A stretch of DNA of 20,736 bases from the IMG/VR virus record IMGVR_UViG_3300009702_000017, positions 100,315 through 121,050 of that record; one strand, written 5' to 3'. Position 1 is the first letter of the stretch. Every line of letters starts with the position of its first letter. This stretch comes from a virus. The translations under genes and the position numbers were made by a program. Under the pieces are notes generated by a model. It did not search any database and was not told where the DNA came from. It saw only the letters and a list, made by a program, of their open reading frames with translations. This document shows positions 1 to 8,038 of the stretch, piece after piece.

Positions 1-9
1 AGGAAAACC

Positions 10-204
10 ATGGATAACGAGAAACTGAAGAGGTTGGAGTGGCAGATCGACATGGATCGCATGCTGATCCGTTAGGCTTCTGGACACAAGGCACGATCAA
101 GCAGCCGGAAGACCCGGGAACGACTCCAGGGCATTCGGCAGCGGGCCGCCAAGCGCATCAGCGAGAAGTTGCGGGAGATTATCCGTGGCAGACGGGAGAC
201 GTGA
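10..204 (+). pseudogene. Small basic phage ORF interrupted by an in-frame TAG (73-75)
   Basis: AGGA then ATG at 10. The frame reads MDNEKLKRLEWQIDMDRMLIR*ASGHKARSSSRKTRERLQGIRQRAAKRISEKLREIIRGRRET and ends at TGA 202-204, overlapping the next ATG (TGATG coupling). Confidence 0.55.
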
Positions 205-649
205 TGACCAAAACCTTCTACCATACAGCAGCGCTTTTCTCATACCTTACGCTGGCCCATTTTGTAGCTGACTGGACCTACCAGTCGCACGTTACCACAA
301 TGGCCAAGTTGCATGCGCTTTCGTGCTCTTCAAGCATTGTGTGATCTACGCAACCGTGATGACTGTCTCATGGCTTTTTGTAGCTGGAGATACGGCGATG
401 CCAATTCAGACGTATGTGTTCTTCTTGATCCTACTTGGAAGCTACATGATCGAAGACATGTACCTACCAGTCTACTGGTGGATGAGGTACGTAAGGAAGG
501 TCTCGGTGGTACGAGAGCGGGGCATCGAAGACTTTAAGGAGTACGTCAAGACGCCTCTCGGTGCTATTCTGATGATTACCGTAGACCAGATTGTCCACCT
601 TCAGTTTGTTTGGTTGGTGGCTTGGTACGCTATATACACTAGTAGATAG
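204..649 (+). pseudogene. DUF3307-like membrane protein, frameshifted near 305-325
   Basis: The N-part (ATG 204, GGAG upstream) has LAHFVADWTYQS..MAK. The C-part in another frame (ORF 323-649) has LFKHCVIY, hydrophobic helices and a terminal DQIVHL. Together they give the DUF3307 AHxxxD..Q / H / DQxxH pattern. Confidence 0.7.
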
Positions 650-657
650 GAGAAAAC

Positions 658-920
658 ATGAGAATGAGGTTTGATGAAGACAAGAAGGGGTACGCTCCCA
701 ATTTCGGATTTCGAACCGGGTGACGTCTTGGAATGGAAGGGTCATATTGTCCTAGTGCTAGAGCAAAAAGCGCAAGCTAAGCCCTTATATTGATCATATT
801 GAAGTTGCAGAACTAGCTACCGGAAAGATATTCACTCTACTGCACTTTGCTCAGGTAAAGCGATGCATCGGGCTTGACGGAGAAGATGCACCAGTCCTGT
901 CCTTTCAAGTGGAGAAGTGA
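658..920 (+). pseudogene. Small phage protein, paralog A, with two +1 frameshifts
   Basis: AGGAG then ATG 658. MRMRFDEDKK, +1 at GGGG 687-690, GTLPISDFEPGDVLEWKGHIVLVLEQ, +1 between 762 and 790, PYIDHIEVAELATGKIF...VKRCIGLDGEDAPVLSFQVEK, TGA 918-920. Resembles the next gene. Confidence 0.55.
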
Positions 921-1190
921 TGAACATCGTAGAACAAGAGAGTACTTACAAGGGGGTTTGTGCGTCTTAAGGATGTGGAACCAGGAAGAGTGGTGTATGA
1001 GATGCACTATGGGAAATACCTGTATATTGCGCGTGACTGCATTACAGGGAAACTTCACCCATCATCAGTTCTCGTAGTGGATTTGAAGGAGAAGACAGCT
1101 ATCTGGGCATCTGGTGAAAACAAGGTGCGCATCTGCACTGCACCAGATGGGACAGAGCCAGTCCTCGTTGTTGGAAAGGAGAAGGGATGA
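920..1190 (+). pseudogene. Small phage protein, paralog B, probable +1 frameshift at G5 (952-956); alternatively an intact CDS from GTG 960
   Basis: GGAG and TGATG-coupled ATG at 920 give MNIVEQESTYKG, then ORF 960-1190 gives VRLKDVEPGRVVYE...VRICTAPDGTEPVLVV. Ends in an ATGA overlap with the next gene. Confidence 0.55.
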
Positions 1191-1462
1191 ATCTGGTTTC
1201 AGTTATTGTGGAGATCCTTGGATACTCGATTGCTCTGACGCTCTTGCTACTTGTGACGGTCGTACTCATGGCGAAGGCGCTGGATACGATTGCCCGTAAG
1301 GTCAGTGGCATGAAGTATACTGTAGACATTGTGCATTTCTTCAAACATGGCCGCTGCTACAACTGCGATGTTCGCATCGGAGCGGAGTGCAAGAAGCGTG
1401 AGAAGGTAGAGTATAGTTACTACGCTTACGATGGCGTAGAGGATATTTTTCACAGAGCATGA
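1187..1462 (+). CDS. Hypothetical membrane protein with an N-terminal TM helix and a CxxC-x6-C motif
   Basis: AGGAG upstream, ATGA coupling at both ends, hydrophobic N-terminus, HGRCYNCDVRIGAEC. Confidence 0.7.
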   Translation: MNLVSVIVEILGYSIALTLLLLVTVVLMAKALDTIARKVSGMKYTVDIVHFFKHGRCYNCDVRIGAECKKREKVEYSYYAYDGVEDIFHRA

Positions 1463-1863
1463 CACTCCTTTCAAGGCCCGCGCGGAAGCGTACGCCGCAC
1501 TAGACGCTCGACTAGAATCAGACTCCATGCAGGAAGAAGTTGCGGGCGACATTCACTGGGGGAGGCTCGTTCCCTTTCAAAAGAGCGTTATCGTCGATAC
1601 ATATCCTGCACCAGAAGGCCATGAAGCTGACACACGAAGTCAAGCAAGAACGCATCCGTGAGCTTGAGAGTAAGTGTGAGGGACTGGAACAAAGACTCAA
1701 GGTTGAACAGGAGGTCTCAAAGGAGCTTGCCGATGCCTTGGCAGGAATGTGTGATGTTGTGAATGAGTTCTGTTCGGACTCCCATACCATCATTCTAGAT
1801 GAGACAGAAAAAGCTCTAGATGCTTACGACAACATCCAAGAGAAGCAAGGTGCAAAGCCGTAG
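1459..1863 (+). pseudogene. Coiled-coil phage protein with a disrupted 5' part
   Basis: The coupled ATG at 1459 hits TAG at 1501. A shifted frame reads TPFKARAEAYAALDARLESDSMQEEVAGDIHW. The C-half (ORF 1540-1863) is a coiled coil (ERIRELESKCEGLEQRLKVEQEVSKELADAL). Confidence 0.45.
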
Positions 1864-1985
1864 ACAAATACACGGGGCATCAATGCCAGAGGGATCCAAA
1901 GCATTCCGATCTAAATGGCCAGAAATCGAATTGGCACATGTACACCGATCCCGTGACTGCCATTACCAATGCTTGGAAGAGCTAA
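1845..1985 (+). pseudogene. Start-less remnant of a small Cys/His (possibly zinc-binding) ORF
   Basis: The frame reads ARCKAVDKYTGHQCQRDPKHSDLNGQKSNWHMYTDPVTAITNAWKS to TAA 1983-1985, overlapping the convergent stop. No in-frame ATG lies upstream of the Cys residues. Confidence 0.3.
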
Positions 1986-2737
1986 TTGTTGGCGATGATA
2001 TACCACTGCGTTCCATCAGACTGCACAGTCACGTACTTGTACTGAGTGGATAGTACAAATGTATTGGCACCATCGATGAGTTCACCAGCTTGTGCAGTCA
2101 CAGTCACGGCATTGGCACTTGCGTCGGTCTTTTTGATGCGATATTCGCGTCCAGTGACTCCAGCAGCTGCTGGAAGCGTTGTAGCGAATGTGCCGGCGGT
2201 AGCATCTGCAAGTACGGTGTGATGGGCGTCCCCAAGAGTAGTTGCTGCGGTAATCTTCGCAACTGCACCCTCGATACCAGCTGCGGTCTTCACAACACCG
2301 GTGATGCTAGCTTCAAGAGCGACAATATTCCAGTTGACCATGATACCACAAGTACCGGCACCAGTTTGAGTGATACCAGCACCATCCCATGCATCAACAG
2401 CAATGTAACTGTCATGTGCGGTGTGATCATCTAGATAAATGAACGTTTCCCAGTCGGAGTTGGTGAGGTAAAAATTCTTGCCAGCATTATTGTGATAGTC
2501 ATTCCCCAAAAACCATTTTGGGCTACCGGCACGGATACTCTCAAAAGTGATCCAGTTAGCGTCTTTTGTTCCACTAGTGTTCTGTAGTGTGATGTTGGCT
2601 TTCTTCCCGTTGGTGATGTAACTCCCACCTAAAATATCACCTAGCCCAAAGCTGAGGGGCTTATATCCTAGTTGGTATGTAACCTTGGCTAGAATTTCGT
2701 TTAAAGTCTGTTGGTCTCTTTCGTTTTCGATTGCCAT
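1982..2737 (-). CDS. Virion fibre/decoration protein with a C-terminal phage fibre-type beta domain
   Basis: AGGAG RBS. The C-terminus ADATAGTFATTLPAA..GREYRIKKTDASANAVTV..GELIDG....L..QY..VTVQSDGTQWYII is a module common at the ends of phage tail and baseplate fibres. Confidence 0.75.
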   Translation of the reverse strand: MAIENERDQQTLNEILAKVTYQLGYKPLSFGLGDILGGSYITNGKKANITLQNTSGTKDANWITFESIRAGSPKWFLGNDYHNNAGKNFYLTNSDWETFIYLDDHTAHDSYIAVDAWDGAGITQTGAGTCGIMVNWNIVALEASITGVVKTAAGIEGAVAKITAATTLGDAHHTVLADATAGTFATTLPAAAGVTGREYRIKKTDASANAVTVTAQAGELIDGANTFVLSTQYKYVTVQSDGTQWYIIANN

Positions 2738-2749
2738 AGCGTGCTCCTG

Positions 2750-2761
2750 TAGATTAGATTG
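2750..2761 (-). promoter_or_regulatory. Tandem AATCTA motif (CAATCTAATCTA) upstream of an RBS
   Basis: Same core as at 3824, 8025 and 20336, in a 24-bp intergenic gap. Confidence 0.55.
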
Positions 2762-3178
2762 TTAGCGCCTACTGATTTTCAGGTTCTTGACTTGGCTACC
2801 TAGAAGATAGCTATAGACAGTGTTAGCCCCAATGCTTGCGAACGTCTGATGTGCGTCTGGCATCATAGTGGTTCCAGTCGTATTTGAAGCGACCAATATA
2901 CCGTCTCTATAGAGAAACATATTTCCGTTTCCCCAAGTTCCTTGAATAGCGTTCCCGTTAGCGTCAACGAAAGGCGTATTCTTTGGAGTAGCAGTCGTAG
3001 CGTTTTGAACCGGGACCTTTGTGCCATCGGCTAGACGGCATACCCATTCATTGCCTTCCATGGCGCAACGCATGAAGCCGCCTGGAAATGCTGACAATGC
3101 AGGTAGGTTCCCAGAGGTACGCAAAGATACCGACAGGATCTTGTCAGTATCAGTATCGCCGCCAGTAAGAAAGTTCAT
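2762..3178 (-). CDS. Small protein ending in a partial LamG/concanavalin-like segment
   Basis: GGAGG RBS. The segment GTWGNGNMFLYRDGILVAS...SIGAN....LGSQVKNLKIS resembles the last strands of phage LamG-like domains. Confidence 0.55.
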   Translation of the reverse strand: MNFLTGGDTDTDKILSVSLRTSGNLPALSAFPGGFMRCAMEGNEWVCRLADGTKVPVQNATTATPKNTPFVDANGNAIQGTWGNGNMFLYRDGILVASNTTGTTMMPDAHQTFASIGANTVYSYLLGSQVKNLKISRR

Positions 3179-3189
3179 CCTAGAACCTC

Positions 3190-3807
3190 CTAGGCGCTAT
3201 ACGGTGTGAACTGAAGGTCTCCTGTGGCGCCAGCAGAGCGGCCAGCTACAGAGGTCGAGGCAGCCACGTGAATGTACTTTGTCTGACCAAGAGCAATGCG
3301 CATCCCACCGGTAGCAACGGTGGTAGCAAAGTCAAAATAGACATCCTCGTTGAAGCAAGCCACCTCGTAGTCACCAGCGGGAAGAGTAGTAGTCGTAGAA
3401 CCATTGGCAGCGCAGCTTGAAAGCGTGACAACGCTGCCAGGAACATAGACGAGTCCAGTAGGTGAGGTAGTCGTAGACATGCTTCCTGCGCCCGTAGCAG
3501 CAGCAGCATTTGATTCGGGCTGTCGGTTGATTACCTGGGCTGGCTGAGTAATCATCGCCCCGTCTGCGACTAGGTAAGCGCTCATGTCGCTGTTGCCAGT
3601 TCCAGGACTGGAAGCTAGTCGAAGACCAAGCTTGCCACCAGTTGTACTGGTAATGACTACAGCAGCGCTACCCGCAGCTGAACTGTAGATGTTAGCGGTA
3701 GCCCCAACAAAGAAGTCGTTGGTGTTTGCTAGTCCGACGAGGCCGGTAGCAGTACCATCAACGGTGAGTGGGGCGGACTTCTTGGCAATCGAAAGGGATG
3801 CTGACAT
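3190..3807 (-). CDS. Putative virion structural protein, two small beta domains with an Ala/Thr linker
   Basis: AGGAG RBS and AATCTA motif upstream; G/A/S/T-rich composition; located in the late block. Confidence 0.7.
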   Translation of the reverse strand: MSASLSIAKKSAPLTVDGTATGLVGLANTNDFFVGATANIYSSAAGSAAVVITSTTGGKLGLRLASSPGTGNSDMSAYLVADGAMITQPAQVINRQPESNAAAATGAGSMSTTTSPTGLVYVPGSVVTLSSCAANGSTTTTLPAGDYEVACFNEDVYFDFATTVATGGMRIALGQTKYIHVAASTSVAGRSAGATGDLQFTPYSA

Positions 3808-3823
3808 AGTGACTCCTGTCTCT

Positions 3824-3830
3824 ATAGATT
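3824..3830 (-). promoter_or_regulatory. AATCTAT motif upstream of an RBS
   Basis: Same core and similar position as the other late-gene copies. Confidence 0.55.
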
Positions 3831-3831
3831 A

Positions 3832-4305
3832 TTACTTGGGTTCACTACACCTTTCAGGGAAGCCATCTCCCACATTCCAATACTTCAACTCCGAGTGGGT
3901 TGGGTCTGAGTCCCCCTTATACAAAGCCAACATGTAATGGGTAAGCTCGTGCAAGTACGCTGTCGCATACGTGCAACCACCGAAATCATAGAGCTTCAGA
4001 ACCGACCATTCTTCGAGGCCAGCACAGCCGTTCTTGCTAGCCCATGGACAAGCAAGCAAATGGTCGTAGATAACCAAATGGCTTGAGCGCATGGCCTTGA
4101 GCACCTGCGCCCGAGTGAAGTAGCCGCGCTCAGTCATCTGGAGGATGTACCAGCTTTCCATGGTGTCGGCTTGAGCACCATCAAAGCTGGCGTTACCATT
4201 GAGCTCAACAGACGCACCGTGGTCAGTTATGAGACTTGCGGTTGGCCAAATACCACCGCAAGCAGTGAGCCCAAGGAGGCATACTAAAGCCAGCCACTTC
4301 ACCAC
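3832..4305 (-). CDS. Lipoprotein with an HExxH zinc-metallopeptidase-like motif
   Basis: GAGGT RBS and GTG start. Signal MVKWLALVCLLGLTA-C has an LTAC lipobox. AYLHELTHYMLALYKGDSDPTH supplies HExxH plus a distal His. Confidence 0.75.
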   Translation of the reverse strand: MVKWLALVCLLGLTACGGIWPTASLITDHGASVELNGNASFDGAQADTMESWYILQMTERGYFTRAQVLKAMRSSHLVIYDHLLACPWASKNGCAGLEEWSVLKLYDFGGCTYATAYLHELTHYMLALYKGDSDPTHSELKYWNVGDGFPERCSEPK

Positions 4306-4308
4306 CCA

Positions 4309-4386
4309 CTACCTCTTTGACACGAGAGCAAGGACCCCAATAGCAAGCAGGCACACCAGTAGAATGGTCATGCTATTCCAATCCAT
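4309..4386 (-). CDS. 25-aa single-TM peptide MDWNSMTILLVCLLAIGVLALVSKR
   Basis: Hand translation; one hydrophobic helix with a basic C-terminus, directly upstream of the lipoprotein. No clear RBS. Confidence 0.4.
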   Translation of the reverse strand: MDWNSMTILLVCLLAIGVLALVSKR

Positions 4387-4393
4387 TGGTTTT

Positions 4394-4486
4394 TTACGGC
4401 TTCGATTGTTTCAACTTGAAATTGTCATAGAGGATGACAAAATCAAATCCGTATCTATCGAGAACGAAGTAGGCGTCATGGATCAT
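4394..4486 (-). CDS. 30-aa hypothetical ORF MIHDAYFVLDRYGFDFVILYDNFKLKQSKP
   Basis: Hand translation; ATGA coupling with the upstream frame ending at 4483; purine-rich upstream sequence. Confidence 0.35.
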   Translation of the reverse strand: MIHDAYFVLDRYGFDFVILYDNFKLKQSKP

Positions 4487-4667
4487 TCGTCAACCCTTTC
4501 CCTTTCCTGTACATGCTTGATCTTTTTCCTGAAGAACTCTCCCCTAGGAGCGTATGCCGTAAGTTCTCCAGCAGGAAGGTTTACCCATTGGACTACCACC
4601 CTCTCTGAATGGCTATGGATGCAAATCCCGTACTGATGTAAGTCATGTCATTTGTTTTAGTTCCCAT
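4483..4667 (-). pseudogene. Probably frameshifted small accessory ORF
   Basis: ATG 4667 (MGTKTNDMT...) stops after 24 aa. A second frame, HDLHQYGICIH...VVVQWVNLPAGELTAYAPRGEFFRKKIKHVQERERVDE, runs to TGA 4483, coupled to the next ATG. Confidence 0.35.
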
Positions 4668-4671
4668 GGCC

Positions 4672-4684
4672 TATATACAGCGAG
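4672..4684 (-). promoter_or_regulatory. CTCGCTGTATATA motif 4 nt before an ATG (copy 1)
   Basis: An identical 13-mer with the same spacing to an ATG occurs at 20360-20372 on the + strand. Confidence 0.55.
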
Positions 4685-4692
4685 GAATCTAA

Positions 4693-5031
4693 CTAGATGG
4701 TCGGAATCTTGACGAACTTATCCTGTACGAAAGCCCACGAACCATTCTGCCACATGAACAAAAGCGCAACTGGTTTGTCATCCACATGTAGAAGGACAAT
4801 GGCTACGTGCTGGGTTGGGTTCGTGTTCCCATAGACGGCATCCAGCGAACAAGGCTTGCCCGTTTGCGCTATCACCTTGGTACACATCTTCCCAACCATG
4901 TCGAGTAGCTGCGTCAACGGCGTAGCCTCCTTGAGTACCTGGGCGTGGCTCTGCGTAGGAGCGGACACGGAGACCGAATTGGGAATGGCAGTGAATGCCA
5001 GTGCGATTGCTACAGTGATTGCCTTCAGCAT
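4693..5031 (-). CDS. Secreted/periplasmic protein, 112 aa (likely start 5031 rather than 5256)
   Basis: GAGGAG RBS before ATG 5031. Sec-type signal MLKAITVAIALAFTA...SHA-Q and one Cys pair. Lies directly after the endolysin. Confidence 0.75.
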   Translation of the reverse strand: MLKAITVAIALAFTAIPNSVSVSAPTQSHAQVLKEATPLTQLLDMVGKMCTKVIAQTGKPCSLDAVYGNTNPTQHVAIVLLHVDDKPVALLFMWQNGSWAFVQDKFVKIPTI

Positions 5032-5048
5032 TTTGTTCTCCTCTCGTG

Positions 5049-5753
5049 TTACCAGCGATACTTGTCCAGCAAATGGTATACGGCGAGAATTCCGTTGGAA
5101 GCATAAAGCTCCCGCAGCTGATGCAGTCCGATTCCAGCCCGGGTTGTGTGCAGCTGCACGTGCGGAGGGTCCTTGAATGTATGCCAATCCAAGCCAGCTT
5201 CGAGGCCGAGCTTCTCCGCTTCCTCGGCTAGAATGCGGTAGTCTTCTGGATCCCAACTTGGCTGTACGCCCTTGGCCGCCTTCATGTCGCGAACAAAGTC
5301 ACAGGCCATGCCGAAGTTGTGGTAGGATTGGCCTCCACGAGCATTCGTCACGATCTTGCCAGGAGCACTTCTACCCTTCTCGTAGAGGGCATTCTGCTCT
5401 TCGTAGGTGCGGAGACCCTGCTGGGCTACATAATGCGCTCCACGGGCCTCACAGTTCTTCAGGAGGGTATGGAGCTTGCGAAGGAACGGTGGATAGAGGC
5501 CGTGTGGATTGATGCGGCGGAAGGGATCTTCCTTGTCGGCCCAGGTCTTCACCTTTGGTTCAGGATCTTCCTTCTTTGCCTCGGGCTTTGACTCTTCCTT
5601 CGGCGCAGCTTCGACTTCCTTGGCTACTTTCTGTGCCTTCTCTACCTCGGCTTCAGCGGCTACCTCTGGGGCAACGGCCTCTTCAACTGCCTTGGCGGCA
5701 TCCTCAACGGTCTCTTCGACCTTCTTTACGACTGTCTTTGTCTTCTTTGCCAT
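5049..5753 (-). CDS. Endolysin, M15C family (L-Ala-D-Glu peptidase-like), with a charged low-complexity N-terminus
   Basis: GLRTYEEQNALYEKGR..PGKIVTNARGGQSYHNFGMACD (SxH-x6-D) and FKDPPHVQL match the CwlK/Ply500-type catalytic motifs; TAAGGAG RBS. Confidence 0.92.
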   Translation of the reverse strand: MAKKTKTVVKKVEETVEDAAKAVEEAVAPEVAAEAEVEKAQKVAKEVEAAPKEESKPEAKKEDPEPKVKTWADKEDPFRRINPHGLYPPFLRKLHTLLKNCEARGAHYVAQQGLRTYEEQNALYEKGRSAPGKIVTNARGGQSYHNFGMACDFVRDMKAAKGVQPSWDPEDYRILAEEAEKLGLEAGLDWHTFKDPPHVQLHTTRAGIGLHQLRELYASNGILAVYHLLDKYRW

Positions 5754-5762
5754 ATTGACTCC

Positions 5763-8009
5763 TTATGTATTAGGCCTGATTGTATCGAGCGTATATGTCA
5801 CCGTCATGTAGAACAATGAAAATGTACCACTCGAAGGAATGGGTAGTGTGAATTCAAACACGATCGCGTCTGTTACTAGCCAGCTTACTCCAGTCACCAG
5901 ATTTACAACTTGACGAGTAGTGGCGTTTCCTGCAAATGTAGCAGTAGCGGACCCGCTGATGTTAAGAAGCGTTGCCGTCCACGTAGTACCAGCCAAGGTG
6001 TCCTTGTAGATTGAGATACTAGAGATACTGTGGGATACGGTATCCGTATTCCTGGCGGTGAAGGAAATGGACGTAATGGTCGCCCCAATCGGAATACGCA
6101 CACGGCCACCGATCAGTGGTGTACCGGTTGTGCTTGGTGAAGTTGAGATAGAAGGAATAATTCCAAAAGCAGAACCTCGAAGAACTCCTGTTGTGCCTGT
6201 ATCATACAAATACATCTCAGCTGCACTTACGTGTACAGAGAAGGTCTGTGGGGTTTTGAAATTGTGAGCATCTGTAGCGACACCGGTATTAAAGGTTGCA
6301 AGACCGGTAACTGTGATAGGAGGTGTGTGGGTTGAGTTGCCAATTTCAATTGTCTTGGCAAAAGATCCAATGACCAGATCGTTTACACCCCCACCACCAT
6401 CAGGCTCATAGGAAGTGGCTGAAATTACGCCAGCCGAAAGCGTGTCCACGAACCGTGCTGGACCATATACGGTCACTTGCTTTGTGCTTCTGCCAATCGC
6501 AATCCCAGTTGCAGTCGTAGTACCGATATTGATGGCGCCTATAGCGTCAATCGTCACATTGCCAGCTGTACCATTGATGAAGACAGCGGCACCGTTGAGG
6601 GTGAGGTTCGATGGGCCAGCATTGATGTCGGCTGCGGCAAGAATGCCTGCTACAACCGATGTCACACCGACTCTACCAATTGTTACACCAGTTGTATTGG
6701 TATCAGTACCAAGCTTCATCGTACCTGTGGTAGGACGTGAAATCCCATCTGCCAACACGCTGCCACCCGCATCGATCGTAGGTACGATAGGATTGGTAGC
6801 GCTCAATGGAGTTGTGTTTAGGGTAACTGTGCCATTGAACGCGGTTGTAGCTGGATTGACGATTAGGTTGCCAACTGCAAGAGGGAAGTCACGGGTATAG
6901 ACTACGCCGTTGTGCCGCCACGCAATGACAAAACGGCTGCCCGGGATAGCGCCAGTTCCGAGACTAGTTAGCTTCGTCTTCTTCGGCACCAACGCGCTAG
7001 CACCAGTGAGATTCTGAGTCCTGTCTACGTCTACGTAGATGCAGTAGTCATCGGCAAGGTCAGTCAGCCCAGGGCTGTCAGTAGTCTGGTCTGCGATGTC
7101 GTTGTAAATACCAGTCGAGTTGTCGAAGAGAAGGGTCAGGCCCTTCCAGTGCAGGTTGCTAGCAACCACTTCGAAGTAGTCCCCACTCGCAAAAGCGGCC
7201 CCACTACGAATCATGCGAACATTGCGGTCGGCTGCGGCACTGTACCAATACTCACCACCACCAAGCTCCCAGAGCCTAGTCATAATGGCGTCGCGCCAAT
7301 CCTTGTCGCTCAAGATGGCCTTGTCCCCGCCGCTGAAGATGTCCCCAGATGTATTTTCATAGCGGGTTCCAGGCCAAGAATAAAATGAACCGGTGTTCGG
7401 GGTAGAGCCACCTGAACCAAGCCGGAAATAGAGCTTACGTGCATCCTCAAGTGATGTGACATTGTTTGAGGCGTCTGTCGTTACCTTCGCGATTGGAAGC
7501 ACTGTCGTAGTGCTATCAAAAGGTAGCGTGCTGATGATGATGCGATAGTCAAGTACGCGAGCTAGAGGTACGACAGAATTGGTCTTCCCAAGTGTATTGG
7601 CGTCGAGGAAGAACACGGTATCGGCTGTCGTGGGATCGGCTGTACGAGTGAGGTTGAGCCCTACATAGTTGACGGTGTTGGCAATGAAGCCTCCAGTCAA
7701 CTTGGCGTTTGAGGTATCTAGTGTCTCTGGCGATGCATTGTCATCTGTCTCGAATACAGAACCAGATTCACTGGCTCCATAGTGGATGATGGCGCTGTTG
7801 GCCACCGCAAGCTGAAGGGATGTAGCCGGGCTTCCAACGGCATTTGTGGTGACCAGCTTGAACCCACGCACCACCAAGGGCTTCCTACCAGCAAAGACGC
7901 TTCCGATTACCGAATCGAAGTCTGCAGACACAGCTGACTCAAGGCTACGGAGATGGGGGACATCGATACGTTGCTGGCCAAGCCAGTTCTGTCTACGCTT
8001 GATAGCCAT
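5763..8009 (-). CDS. Tail fibre / baseplate-attached fibre protein
   Basis: AGGAG RBS. N-terminal attachment-like domain (LPIAKVTTDASNNVTSLEDAR), then G/T/I-rich shaft repeats (TTGVTIGR, INIGTTTATGIAIGR, TIEIGNS) and a C-terminal beta domain. Downstream of the baseplate genes. Confidence 0.75.
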   Translation of the reverse strand: MAIKRRQNWLGQQRIDVPHLRSLESAVSADFDSVIGSVFAGRKPLVVRGFKLVTTNAVGSPATSLQLAVANSAIIHYGASESGSVFETDDNASPETLDTSNAKLTGGFIANTVNYVGLNLTRTADPTTADTVFFLDANTLGKTNSVVPLARVLDYRIIISTLPFDSTTTVLPIAKVTTDASNNVTSLEDARKLYFRLGSGGSTPNTGSFYSWPGTRYENTSGDIFSGGDKAILSDKDWRDAIMTRLWELGGGEYWYSAAADRNVRMIRSGAAFASGDYFEVVASNLHWKGLTLLFDNSTGIYNDIADQTTDSPGLTDLADDYCIYVDVDRTQNLTGASALVPKKTKLTSLGTGAIPGSRFVIAWRHNGVVYTRDFPLAVGNLIVNPATTAFNGTVTLNTTPLSATNPIVPTIDAGGSVLADGISRPTTGTMKLGTDTNTTGVTIGRVGVTSVVAGILAAADINAGPSNLTLNGAAVFINGTAGNVTIDAIGAINIGTTTATGIAIGRSTKQVTVYGPARFVDTLSAGVISATSYEPDGGGGVNDLVIGSFAKTIEIGNSTHTPPITVTGLATFNTGVATDAHNFKTPQTFSVHVSAAEMYLYDTGTTGVLRGSAFGIIPSISTSPSTTGTPLIGGRVRIPIGATITSISFTARNTDTVSHSISSISIYKDTLAGTTWTATLLNISGSATATFAGNATTRQVVNLVTGVSWLVTDAIVFEFTLPIPSSGTFSLFYMTVTYTLDTIRPNT

Positions 8010-8024
8010 AGTGCTCCTACGATA

Positions 8025-8038
8025 ATAGATTGTGGCTA
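8025..8038 (-). promoter_or_regulatory. Candidate late promoter TAGCCACAATCTAT
   Basis: Exact 14-bp match to 20336-20349; lies just upstream of the RBS of the fibre gene. Confidence 0.65.

Noticed and set aside
39-203. N-terminal extension of ORF 39-344
   Set aside because: GGAG and TGATG coupling favour ATG 204, and the upstream region reads better in the frame starting at 10.
10-204. Stop-codon reassignment (TAG read as sense) to explain the internal TAG
   Set aside because: TAG cleanly ends several well-supported genes (13683, 12643, 8036, 3190, 1982), the giant ORFs are open in the standard code, and most lesions are frameshifts.
1864-1990. Intrinsic terminator at the convergence point
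   Set aside because: No convincing hairpin with a U-tract was seen.
3832-4386. Rz/Rz1 spanin pair
   Set aside because: The TM peptide has no periplasmic coiled coil, and the lipoprotein is globular with HExxH rather than short and Pro-rich.
4199-4636. 145-aa plus-strand ORF
   Set aside because: It is antisense to the lipoprotein and to coupled small minus-strand ORFs, with a TTG start and no RBS.
4693-5256. 187-aa version of the secreted protein
   Set aside because: It overlaps the endolysin by about 200 bp; the RBS and signal peptide point to ATG 5031.
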